Of a stretch of DNA of 32,000 nucleotides, positions 11,624-22,131 are shown piece by piece. How positions within the stretch are numbered: position 1 is the first letter of the stretch; every line of letters starts with the position of its first letter. Origin of the DNA: Zygophlyctis sp. KS116 (Eukaryota > Fungi > Chytridiomycota); contig BAAFSQ010000030.1 of assembly GCA_054661495.1 (NCBI GenBank), positions 1-32,000 of the forward strand, given 5' to 3'. The notes beneath the pieces are model-generated. The model worked only from the letters and a program-made list of their open reading frames with translations. It ran no database searches and was not told the origin of the DNA. A program made the translations under genes and the position numbers.

Positions 11624-12213
11624 TCTCTGGAAAGCGGCAAAAAACCTCCTGGACCACAACCTTGCCAAATCCGGTGGATGGAGTCATATCGATAAATCTA
11701 TCCAAATTATTCGTCTCTGCTCCTGATCTAATTAATGGTGTTTTGGGCGGAGGAGAGAGCCAATCTGTTCCTTTTTTCTAATTTTTAAAATAATAATATT
11801 ACCATATGCGAGCGATCAGAGGCAAAATGCTTTATATAATCTGATCCTGACACGATCCGAAATCTTGGTTCAAGATTTGGAGGTAATTCTACTTTTGGTC
11901 TGAATGCAAAATTAACATATTTTTCAAATTGAATAGGGATCCCGAGTTGAGAGTCAAAATCATAAACTAGCCAATCTGATGATTTTGCAACGCAGATGAC
12001 ATGATAGTCCCAAATTACTGGATGACCAGATGGTGCACTTTTCTGACACCAAATGGGAACTGATCTATTGGCGTTTGAAATAAAGACAGCATATATTTTT
12101 TCTAGTTTTCCTAAATCTCCAAGAGACTTGATCAAATGGTAAATGTTTTCTTCGCAGTAGCATTTTGTGTATAAAAGAGATGCTTGCTCCAGTGCTGATT
12201 TAAGAGTTGCCAT
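11601..12213 (-). CDS. NTAQ1: Protein N-terminal glutamine amidohydrolase (NTAQ1/WDYHV1)
   Basis: Motifs YTKCYCEENIY, VIWDYHVI, VYDFDS and FASDRSHM. After intron 11778-11802 the frame continues WLSPPP..NNLDRFIDM..GFGKV to a TAA at 11601. Confidence 0.93.
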
Positions 12214-12275
12214 GAATTTGACTCTGCTCAGTAAACTCAGAAATTCAAATGATAAAATTTAATGTCCTACATGTT

Positions 12276-14875
12276 CTAATCAACATTCATCACTTCTTCA
12301 TCAATTTTTGAATCTACTTTTTCGTTAGATTCACTTTTTTCCTTGTCATCATCCTTGCTTTCAGCCTTTTCTTCAGGAGCCTTGGCCTCTGGTTTCTTCT
12401 CAACCTTTGGCTTGGGCTTGTTTAATATTGGGTTCACAAAGTAAGTCAAGTTCTAATTTGTTATAAAATTTTAAAATACCTCCATTTCCTTGGTCATTTG
12501 AGATGTTGTCACAACAGGATCACTACTTAATGGTGATTCATTCTGCTTTCCAATCATTTCATTTAGCCATGACATTTTCTTCTTGCACTCTTCTTTGATT
12601 CGGTTCATTTCTTCAGCGGGAATATGAGCATACTTTTCATCCTAAAGGTTAAAATATTAAATATAATTACGCCAGAATCTACTTTGAGGATAACAGAGTT
12701 TATATATTCTTTGAATTTTCTCTCTACTCCAGGTCTTTCTTCCCTTTCAAGATAACGGAATGCAATAGGATCACCAACTTTCTTTAGTTCAGCCAACTTT
12801 TCGACATATAAAGATTTAGTAGCATCTTCACCTTCCCCATAGAGCCACTCTTCCATAGCATTTAATGATTTCATAAATTCTGCACGAGAGGAATCAATGA
12901 TAAATTCAGACCAAGCCATTTCCAACTTTGATCGAACGTCATATACATACTCTTCAAGTGCATTTCGACGATCAGCAGTATCAATAACCAGACGATCAGT
13001 AGCCTGCATTTCACCTTCGGATGCTAACCAAGTAGCAACTGCAGCAGCAGGAGTGCCCAATGGAGAAGAGACAATAGATAAATCATGCTTTTTAATGACT
13101 TTTTTTGTTTTAGCAGATGGTTCAGGAACAGGACTTTCGACCTTTTCTTCAACAAGAGACTTTTCATCAGTCTCCATTGGAGTTGCATGCCCAGAATCAG
13201 AAGCACCTTCGTCTTTGCCAACTTTCTTTCCATCGTCAACCGGGACAGATAATTCCTCTATTTGAGATGCAGCTTCAATACTTAAAATACCATCACCATC
13301 AAGCTTTGTTTTGATTTTTATTGTTGCTTTATTCTCATCTTCAAGCTCCATCGAGGTTAGCTTTTTAATTCCATTGATAGTCCATGTGCCAATTTCATAT
13401 CCACAACCTTCAGCTAAACCTCTTGTAGAAGCAGAGGGATGATAGCGAGCTTTGAAAGTAAAAGATACTCCATTTCCAGATTCAAGCTCCTTATTTCTTA
13501 AAATTCTGTTAAAAGTCAAGATCTTTGTGCTGGGAACAGCATTGCCAACAGGAAAAGCTTCCATGACAGTCTCATCCTGCATATCCTTGTTAAATGTTTG
13601 AGTTGCATCCCAGGCAAGCTCGATTGGGTATGCGTTCCAATCTTGAACAGAAAAGTCTCGAACTTTAAATACTGGAGAAATAATGGCACATTGTAAAGCC
13701 GCGCCTCTTGCAACAGCTTCATCCTGATTGAGAGTGTAAGAGAGTTTATTAGCACCCTCTAAAGACCCACCGAAAAATTTGGCAATTGTTTCCTTAACTA
13801 GGGGAACACGGGTAGACCCACCAACTAATTCAACTGAATCAATATCGGATATAGTTAGTCCAGCAGAATCAAGCGCTGCCTGAAGAGGTGCAACAAGCCT
13901 TTGACATATAGGAGTAATCCAAGATTCAAAATCAGCTCTATCGATTTCAGCAGAGACATCTTTTTCATCCTGAATACATTCAACATTAAGCATAGTCTTT
14001 TGATTTGCAGACAAAACCTTTTTGACCTTTTCAATTTGTGTGCGAAGTCTAAATACAGCCTTTGCACTACTTTTAATATCTAGCTTATATTTTTTATCAA
14101 ACTCTTGAATAAAATGATTAACCAAAACCTGATCAAAATCACGACCACCCAAATTACGATCTTGAGCAGTTCCCTTGATAATAACTTTTCCTTTAATAAA
14201 GGATGCGACTGCAACTTGATAAGAAGAATGACCTAAATCAACAAAAACAACATTTTTAGCAGCCTCTACAGATTCTGGTAAATCAGTCTTTGTAATTCCA
14301 TATCCTAAAGCTGCAGCTGTAGAATCATTAATGAGTCTCAAGACACGAATCCCAGCAATTTCAGCAGCATTAATAACTGCTCTTCTTTGACGATCCGTAA
14401 ACCAACCAGGACAAGAAATAACAGCATCAGTGACTGGAATCTTAACTTCTGCTTCTGTAAATTCCTTTACTTTTCCAAAAAACATTCCAGCGAGTTGAGT
14501 AAAAGTAAAATTTTTCTGTTCATTTGCATAAGACACTGAAGCAGCAATTTCCCCACCTTCTCCTTCCACTAGAGAAGCATTCACAAAAGCCTTTTCAATG
14601 GCTTGAATTTCCGGATCCGAAGCAGGTCTTCCTAAAAGACGTTTTAAAGATCCAACAGTATTTTTAAAGTTGAAGTTTTCCTGAGTTTTAGCTGATTCTC
14701 CCAACCAGCGTTGTTTTTCTCCCAAAGACACTAGAGATCTAGAATTTAAAAAAAGAAAAAAAACTTACGGTGTAGCTCTATTTGAGACTTCATTAACGAT
14801 AACATCAATCCCTCTATTTCTAGCAACAGCCACAACAGTATTTAAATTTCCAAAATCAATTCCAACGACAGACAT
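12276..14875 (-). CDS. SSE1: Hsp110/Sse1-type Hsp70 nucleotide exchange factor
   Basis: Motifs [38 protein letters not shown] and RNALEEYVY; ends EEVMNVD. Introns 14739-14768, 12642-12670, 12453-12479. Confidence 0.96.
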
Positions 14876-15032
14876 TTTTTTTCTTTGCGGTTCTTCTTTA
14901 AAGTTTTTAATAGGTTTATAAGGTTCTCTTGTTAATTTCCGTTTGTATATCAAAGAGACGAGTAAAAGTCCCAAGAGAAATAAGAAAATTTGTAAATTGA
15001 GAATTTTGGCTTGTAATTCCTACGCCACTGAT

Positions 15033-15060
15033 TTCCTGAACCTTGTAGAAGTTTCTAGAT
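15033..15060. promoter_or_regulatory. Heat-shock element (HSF-binding nGAAn array)
   Basis: TTCctGAAccTTGtaGAAgtTTCtaGAT gives six alternating pentamers (4 perfect, 2 with one mismatch), about 160 bp upstream of the HSP110 ATG. Confidence 0.8.
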
Positions 15061-15325
15061 CTCTTGCAAGTTTATTTTAAGAATGCATCCATGATTCACA
15101 AGAGTCCATTACAACATCTAGTCCACTGTCTGCTACTATCAATATAGAGAGAGGGTTTCATATATACTATGAGGTTTAGGTTATGATTCTGAACAGTCTA
15201 ATCTCTAATTGATCTAATGTGGATTTAATACTTTGTGCATAATGAGAATATTATTAGAAATCTTTAGAAAAATATCTACTTTTACTGAAAGAGTTTTTAG
15301 AGTGTTTGTGTCCAGGGTACAAGTA

Positions 15326-16270
15326 ATGGAAAGGTTATCTAAAATCTTTCGACAAGCAAAGTCTAGGGAAGAAATATTAGCAGGGATCTATTTGATTCCC
15401 AAGCTGTTAGAGTTGAACAAGGAAAATCTAAAAGGTTTAGTAGAGATTCTTCCCTGGGAAATTCTAAAAGGCTTGGACAATGATATTTTATTAGAAATTT
15501 TTTCGACTTTTCAAGGATATCAAGTATTTTGTAAAGAAATTCTAGAGTTGAAGATTCGGAAATTTTCTTCTAGGTTCAAAATTTTAGAGGATTTGCAGCA
15601 TTTTTCAACGGCAAAAATCGTTTTTGACTTTCAAGATTTAGGGTTTACAGTCTTTGAAACCTTATTATTAGACCTAGACAGGGAGCCACTAGAAACAATC
15701 TTGATTATTACTGAATTATTTAATCATGGAATGAAAATTCCTCTAAATTTACTCTGCAATTATTTAGATAAAATATTTCAAATTTTGTCTGTAAAGGGTC
15801 TACAGGATCATGTCAAGGAATCAATCTTTTTCTTGACAAGTAATCTAATTAAAACTCACGGTTCAATCTTTATTATTCAAGGTACAATGCTAAAAAGCTG
15901 GGAAAAAAGAATTTATTTTTTGATTCAAATGGCTGCTATTGATTTAAATTGGTGTATAGACTCTAAGGATTTAAAAAGAATTCCGCTCTTGTCAATATTA
16001 CTAGGGCAGTTGCTCGAGATTTTAGTCTCACAAATTGATAATATTCATGATATAGAAACAATTATGCAATTAAAGGAATTCACTGGCATGTTTTTTATAC
16101 AACTACTTGAAAAGGTTTGTGATTTGTATCATTCAAAAGAGTTGGTGGTGGAATATTATGCAGAGTGTATGGACTTGATTTGTTTTTGGATAGAGGAGCA
16201 GGATGTAGATGAGCAAATGGTAGAATTCAAGGTTGTTTTAGATTGGTTTGCAGAGAGTCAAAGTCTATAA
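15326..16270 (+). CDS. Neurochondrin-like helical-repeat protein (short, intronless)
   Basis: Long Leu-rich ORF. The N-terminus MERLSKIFRQAKSREEILAGIYLIPKLL resembles my recollection of the neurochondrin N-terminus. An alternative ATG exists at 15242. Confidence 0.5.
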   Translation: MERLSKIFRQAKSREEILAGIYLIPKLLELNKENLKGLVEILPWEILKGLDNDILLEIFSTFQGYQVFCKEILELKIRKFSSRFKILEDLQHFSTAKIVFDFQDLGFTVFETLLLDLDREPLETILIITELFNHGMKIPLNLLCNYLDKIFQILSVKGLQDHVKESIFFLTSNLIKTHGSIFIIQGTMLKSWEKRIYFLIQMAAIDLNWCIDSKDLKRIPLLSILLGQLLEILVSQIDNIHDIETIMQLKEFTGMFFIQLLEKVCDLYHSKELVVEYYAECMDLICFWIEEQDVDEQMVEFKVVLDWFAESQSL

Positions 16271-16316
16271 TCGATTAGTCTTTCTAAAATCAAAATTTTT
16301 TATTAGACTAATTCAA

Positions 16317-17595
16317 TTAAACTATGAAAGCCATCAAAGATCCAAGCAAAGTCCATCCAGAAGCCACTAATATGCCAGAAGAGATCAATTGAATGGTTTC
16401 ATATCCTACATATGATTCTTGATGTTAAAATAATAATAAAAATTACGAGAAGTAGAGGTTCCAGTAACATAGTCAACATAAGTATGCACCGTTGTTACCC
16501 TATTGTCAGTGCATACAGTACTGTAGATAGTAGATACGGACTGACAATGGTCATGATAACAATTGTTAGAATGTCCGTAATGAAGTGTTTCATAAGCTAC
16601 CAATGACTCTAAATGTTATATAAAGTTTGAAAATTACGAGAAGTAATTGTCCCCGTTACGTAGTCAACATAAGTATAGACTGTGGTAATCTTGTTGTCAG
16701 TGGACACCGTACTGTAGACAGTAGATGATGTACGACAATGATCATGATGGCACGGAACACTACTGGTAGAAGATTCAGATCCAGTTGTGGTGGCTGCTTC
16801 AGTAGTAGTGGTAGTAGCATCAGTAGTAGTTTCAGCCTCAGTAGTAGTAGTCTCTTCAGTAGTAGTAGTCTCTTCAGTAGTAGTAGTCTCTTCAGTAGTA
16901 GTAGTCTCTTCAGTAGTAGTTGTCTCTTCAGTAGTAGTTGTCTCTTCAGTAGTAGTTGTCTCTTCAGTAGTAGTAGCATCAGTAGTACAATCTGCAGAAG
17001 ATTCAGTAGTATCAGAGCAAGTAACACCTCCATTAGCAGCATCAGCAGTAAAGAATGTAGTAGTAATACTAGTTCCATCACAAGTTCCAACAGTAGAAGA
17101 AGTAGTTGCACAATCACCACAAGGAACTGAAGAGATTGTAGGATCAACACATTGGGCTCCTAGATCGTCACCAGCAGAAGTGTAAAAGATAGTAGTGACA
17201 TAAGTTCCATCACAGGCTACTACTTCAGAAGAAGTAGTAGCACAATTAGCACAAGCGGCTGTACTTTCAGTTGTATCAACGCAATCAACTCCAAAAGTGG
17301 CAGCAGTAGTAAAGAAAGTAGTAGTAATACCAACTCCGTCACACGTTCCAACAGTAGAAGAAGTAGTAGAACAATCATTGCATACAGTTACAGCACTGGT
17401 CCAACCAGGTACTCCATCACAATCATCATCACCATTTTGTCCACCATTTTCTGTTTTTGACGCTCGGACAGTAACTGAACCACCAGCACAGGTACCTCCA
17501 GGACCTGGAATAGTCACATAAGAAGTATCATAACATCCTTGTCCATGGACATAGAGAGCATTCAGAAGAGCAACAAGAGCAATTGAATAGATCAT
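16317..17595 (-). CDS. Secreted Thr/Cys-rich, probably GPI-anchored surface glycoprotein (adhesin/mucin-like)
   Basis: Signal peptide MIYSIALVALLNALYVHG, three Cys-rich repeats of about 44 aa, a (TTTTEE)x7 stalk, two His/Cys modules and the hydrophobic C-terminus ISSGILVASGWTLLGSLMAFIV. Introns 16609-16637, 16418-16446. Confidence 0.85.
16841..16976 (-). repeat. 18-bp coding minisatellite, 7 units, encoding TTTTEE
   Basis: TCTCTTCA recurs at 16851, 16869, 16887, 16905, 16923, 16941 and 16959. Four units carry an ACT variant and three carry an ACA variant. Confidence 0.97.
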
Positions 17596-17921
17596 TTCAG
17601 TTTTTCTTAATTTTTGTAAGTTTGATCAGCCCGCTTAGAGAGAACAACCATGCCACAAATTCGACTGTTTTTTCATAATTTTGAGTCATTGTTGTGCATT
17701 TTACCGCAAATTATAAAAGATCAGCGTAAATTCGAGGAAAATTGGCATTTTTATGATAACGTTGAACCTCTTTGAACATTCTGGATTTGTGAGTCATTAT
17801 TACTCCTATCGATGCTATCTGTTAGAGTTTTTAAATTTTTCCATTCTAGGTAGCGGCTGTCATTGTAAAACTTGTCTGCGCTCTAAAATCGCGAACGAAA
17901 CGCCACTGGACCGCGTGTAAA

Positions 17922-18596
17922 ATGTCTGAGAACCTTGATAAACTATGTAGATTCTTGAATTCTGTCCGTGGAACTGACAAATTCTTTATGTTGATCCAAT
18001 ACACTTTCAAAATCATTAATGCTTATTTAAAGAATTTGGATCCTGAATCAAAATTAGCCACTAGACTTTTAAATTTATCTAATCCTATTTCTGATACCAG
18101 AATACTACTTCGATACTATGGACTTGTACCATTGTATCAATGGATTAAATACTCTGAAAATAATCCTGCTCCAACTGCTAAATTACAATGGATCATTAGA
18201 GCTCAAAACTTTGTAAATGTTTGCTATTATCCTCTAGAACATTTGTATTGGTTAGGAGCACATTCAGTCATTCCAATGAATTCTAGTACAAGAGATAAAA
18301 TAGGAATGTGGTCTTGTAGATTTTGGGCATCTTATGTGATTCTATATTTTTATCAATTATTTGAAGAATTCAAATTGTTGAATCAAAAAAAACTAGAAAA
18401 TAACTCAAAACAAGATTTAGAAATTATAAATCAAGAAAGAGAAACATTGTTGATTAATACAATGGTGAATTCAGCATACTTTCCATTGACAATACATTGG
18501 TCATTGGAGAAATCATCATTATCAGATTTAGGAGTTGGAGTTTTTGGGACAATTGCTGCAATTGGACAGATTGTTTTAGCGTGGAAATCTGCATGA
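17922..18596 (+). CDS. PEX11: Peroxisomal biogenesis factor 11 family protein
   Basis: Motifs FLNSVRGTDKFFMLIQY, ISDTRILLRYYGL, YYPLEHLYWL, WSCRFWA and PLTIHWS. Intronless, 224 aa. Confidence 0.88.
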   Translation: MSENLDKLCRFLNSVRGTDKFFMLIQYTFKIINAYLKNLDPESKLATRLLNLSNPISDTRILLRYYGLVPLYQWIKYSENNPAPTAKLQWIIRAQNFVNVCYYPLEHLYWLGAHSVIPMNSSTRDKIGMWSCRFWASYVILYFYQLFEEFKLLNQKKLENNSKQDLEIINQERETLLINTMVNSAYFPLTIHWSLEKSSLSDLGVGVFGTIAAIGQIVLAWKSA

Positions 18597-18711
18597 AAAC
18601 TTCCAGTTAACTTTTTAGATTCTCTAAATAAAATCACTCATCGATAAAGATGGAATAGTCTATAAAGCTAAGTACATCTGACAAATCGGGAGTTTTAAAA
18701 TTTAACGGCTT

Positions 18712-19639
18712 ATGGGCGATCAAACTTCATACAGAAAACTAGTTTCTATTTTCCATTCGGCAAGAGAGTATCTAAGTCCTTTAGCGACATCGTCTAAATT
18801 TATAGAGACTGGATGTATTACAGTAGAGGAATTTATTTTAGCTGGTGATTATTTAACAAGTCAATTTCCAACTTGGGAATGGAAATCTGGAATACCTTCA
18901 AAGAGAAAAGATTATTTACCGGCCGATAAACAATATCTAATGACTAGAAAAGTTCCTTGTCTTAAAAGAGTATCGCAAGTGGAATATAATGCAAATGATT
19001 CAGAGGCAGTCGATGAGACTGGTTGGGTAACAACGCATGTTGGGCACGTTGGGAAAAAGGATATTTCAGAAATTCAAGAACTTTCAAATCAAGAGGAAAA
19101 TGCTCAAATGCCAAATTTAGATGATATTCCAGATTTAGAAGAGGATCTAGATGGATTTCATGATCCTGCAATACTTGAATCTAATAATGATAATATCTTG
19201 AAAACTAGGACTTATGATTTGTCAATTACATATGATAAATACTATCAAACTCCAAGGTAATTTACTACTCTTTTATTCAAGAGTTTTCTTGTTTGGTTAT
19301 GATGAGAATGGTTCACCATTATCAACTGAACAAATATTTGAAGATATTTCACAGGATCATGCTAAAAAGACTGTAACTATTGAAGGTCATCCAAACGAAG
19401 AGTTTACTCTTGCTTCTATACGTAATTTTTATAATTTAAAAGAAAATTAGATCCATGCAGACACGCAGAAGTAATGAAGAGGATTATAGATCATTTAACA
19501 GAATCAGGGCTAGAGTTGAGAGTTGATCAGTATCTTTTAATCTTTTTGAAGTTTATTGCATCAGTGTTGCCAACGATGGAGTATGATTGTAGGTTTTTAA
19601 GTACGCTTAATTCTAGATACAATGTCAATGAAGGCTTGA
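18712..19639 (+). CDS. ATG3: Autophagy E2-like enzyme Atg3
   Basis: Motifs [34 protein letters not shown], catalytic SIHPCRH (spanning intron 2) and PTMEYDYT. Introns 19257-19281, 19422-19450, 19589-19616. Confidence 0.97.
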
Positions 19640-19660
19640 GTAAAGTTGTATATCTAAGTA

Positions 19661-19688
19661 TTTCTGAATTTCTGAATTTCTGAATTTT
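19661..19688. repeat. Short tandem repeat (TTTCTGAA)x3
   Basis: Directly visible between the ATG3 stop and the F-box gene. Confidence 0.85.
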
Positions 19689-19857
19689 CCACGTCATGTA
19701 AAAGTCCAATCTCTGCATCACATCTAAACTGTTTAAAAGGTGTATTGAAATTTCCAACTGCTCTGATAACCCATGTCTAGGTTCTGGATTGGAAGCTAAA
19801 CCTTGTCAAAGACGATCGTTTGTTGAATGACGATATCCCATTGTGCTTCAGGGTATA

Positions 19858-21399
19858 ATGCTATCACATCCATTGAATAAATTGTTAATAGTCTCCATAT
19901 CAGTTTTAAATTGGAGTCAAGAATACAATGCTCAGTCAAAAGAAATATGGATGCTCTTGATCTTGGTGTCCGATCTTCTTGAAAAGATTAAAAATCCAAA
20001 TCATAAACAGTTGACAATTGATGAATCAAAAGAAGATTTCAAAACTATTGAATTGGATCCTAAAAGTAGTCCAACGGTCAATCATTCATTCGGAGTATCT
20101 AAAATTCAATCATTGCCCGTTGAATTATTGCAAATGATTTTTGAGAGATTATTAACCGAGTCTCAAAGAGATCTGGGGTACGCAAGCAGAACTTGTAAGA
20201 GATGGAATGCAATTATTAATCCGATAATGATTAAAAATCCCCAATTGTTTACAAAGTACTCGATAAAGAAATTTATTGAATTGGGAAATACAACAGTCTG
20301 GCGGCAATACAGCAGAAAAGAAAGGATTGTATCTTTGAATTTTGGAAGTAGCCTGAATGGATCTTTTTTAGGTGATGCTAATATTGAAGGCATTGATAGT
20401 CTCATGGGTGCGCATTCATGTCTCTATCGCACAATTGTAAATGATCGCCATAAATATCCAGATGTACATCCTATATTTCATGAAATCATACAAACTTTTC
20501 CGTCTATAAAATATATAAAAGAAGTTGTATTTGCTAGGACTAGTGGAAACCAGGACTCTTCACAAAGAAGAGTACTTCGAAATGGATTCACAATGTCAGA
20601 CTTTGTTCTATCACGTATTCTGCGAACCATCAAGCGAATTAATACAATGCCTGAATGGATGATTATTCATTTATCAAGAGTACAGCCTGTTATTACCTTT
20701 TTATTGGATATTTATCAAAGTGAAACTAATTCAATTTCAAAGTATGCACCAAAAGCTGTAAGGAATTCTCGTCAAGTATTTCATGATAATCTCAAGGCCA
20801 TAATGAATTTACTTAGCGGATCCCTACTTTTACAAGTGCAATATGTAACCACATCATCACAAAGACTTCTTGATACCTATTGTATGATATATTATGAAGC
20901 TCTGGATTTATGTGGAATGCTAAATGTCGAACTGATCAAAACTATAATTGAAAAGTCTAATACAATAGGATCATTGTATATATACACCAAAGAAGCATTA
21001 TGTGTTTACGAATGTTTGCGATTGATATTTCAACAACAATTAAGCCCCATTTCAAACTCTATTAAAATCCACGAGCTTGATTATAACAAGATCCGTGCAG
21101 AGGTTTGTAGATTTCCTCCAACAGGAATTAATTCAGAAATATGCGAGTTTTTGGAGAATGCCTTGGATTTTACAGAGTTTCCAAATCCTATTTGGATGGA
21201 TGAAGATTTAGTTGAACTCAATCAATGGAGAAAATGGATTTCTATAGTCATAAGATGGTTTAAATCATCAAAACAAATGGAACCAGTAAAGGAATTACTC
21301 AGAGGAAATATGACAAAAATCGATCAATTAAGAGCAATACAGGTAATTACAATTATTTCATCTTTAAAGCATCGCTACGGAATAGTTTTCATGGATTAG
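19858..21399 (+). CDS. F-box domain protein with unrecognised C-terminal region
   Basis: F-box IQSLPVELLQMIFERL..DLGYASRTCKRWNAII within a 513-aa ORF. The start codon is uncertain. Confidence 0.75.
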   Translation: MLSHPLNKLLIVSISVLNWSQEYNAQSKEIWMLLILVSDLLEKIKNPNHKQLTIDESKEDFKTIELDPKSSPTVNHSFGVSKIQSLPVELLQMIFERLLTESQRDLGYASRTCKRWNAIINPIMIKNPQLFTKYSIKKFIELGNTTVWRQYSRKERIVSLNFGSSLNGSFLGDANIEGIDSLMGAHSCLYRTIVNDRHKYPDVHPIFHEIIQTFPSIKYIKEVVFARTSGNQDSSQRRVLRNGFTMSDFVLSRILRTIKRINTMPEWMIIHLSRVQPVITFLLDIYQSETNSISKYAPKAVRNSRQVFHDNLKAIMNLLSGSLLLQVQYVTTSSQRLLDTYCMIYYEALDLCGMLNVELIKTIIEKSNTIGSLYIYTKEALCVYECLRLIFQQQLSPISNSIKIHELDYNKIRAEVCRFPPTGINSEICEFLENALDFTEFPNPIWMDEDLVELNQWRKWISIVIRWFKSSKQMEPVKELLRGNMTKIDQLRAIQVITIISSLKHRYGIVFMD

Positions 21400-21434
21400 A
21401 TAATGTTTAAATCATGATCTTTGCATTTTGTGTT

Positions 21435-22064
21435 TTACAAGACAACACCATTTGTATCAAAATTTCTAGTGATGATTGAAACTTCAACAAAAACTTTGCC
21501 CATAGTCATCGTTTCCAATCGAAAACGATCTGAGGCATTGGTGATTACTTCAAGATTCTTTAGCTGCGGCGTCGCACCAAGAAAGTATGCTAACATTAGA
21601 GTCGTGAATGATTACAGTAGAGCTGATCAAGAAAACTCCCAATCGGTCTCCAAGTGACAATTTCAATATTATGAAGCCCATGAGATATCGGGATGTGAGT
21701 GAAACCATATCCAACTAGTATGAGTCGTTATAATAATTACCAAGTTCGTTTCTTCCAAACATGTCTTGATTGTACACTTGAATAACTAGCTTTGGCCAGC
21801 CCTTTGTGGTTGTAGTTGCGTAATGCACATCTGAATTAAGTGCAAACGAAATTACCTATTGGATGACTCCAAATGCATAGCTCGGGATTCTTGGGCGTTA
21901 GGAGTCTTGATTACCTTTGGAAGGTCGACGTGTGTTTGCCCCCATTCTTCTCCTTCTAAACATTTCCAGTTATCGCCAACCACAAAAGAATATTTACAGC
22001 TCAAATTTAAGGATGAGAAATCCGATGCACCGATTAATGTCCCCAAAATATGTACTTCCGCCAT
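21435..22064 (-). CDS. B9D2: B9 domain-containing protein 2 (ciliary transition zone, MKS module)
   Basis: Motifs MAEVHILGTLIGAS, GQTHVD, WSHPIDVHYATTTTKGWPK and DRFRLET..GKVFVEVSIITRNFDTNGV. Introns 21890-21914, 21831-21855, 21715-21740. Confidence 0.93.
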
Positions 22065-22131
22065 TCAAGCGGGAAATTACGCGAATCATCAGAAGAAATA
22101 GATAACATTATACATTTTTATTCTTTTCATC

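Noticed and set aside
2546-14083. Antisense and alternate-frame short ORFs within SCC3, SYF1, ERV25 and HSP110
   Set aside because: They have no recognisable motifs, mostly start at non-ATG codons, and are expected by-products of the real CDS.
16656-17521. Overlapping Leu-, Ser- and Val-rich ORFs (16656-17150, 16738-17130, 16787-17185, 17297-17521)
   Set aside because: They are shadow frames of the ACT-rich repeat in the surface protein.
19661-19688. (TTTCTGAA)x3 as a heat-shock element
   Set aside because: TTC and GAA are spaced by 1 nt with an 8-bp period, out of phase with nGAAn pentamers.
19527-19857. Separate small gene (76-aa minus-strand ORF) between ATG3 and the F-box gene
   Set aside because: It overlaps the ATG3 3' exons in antisense, crosses the microsatellite, and shows no homology cues.
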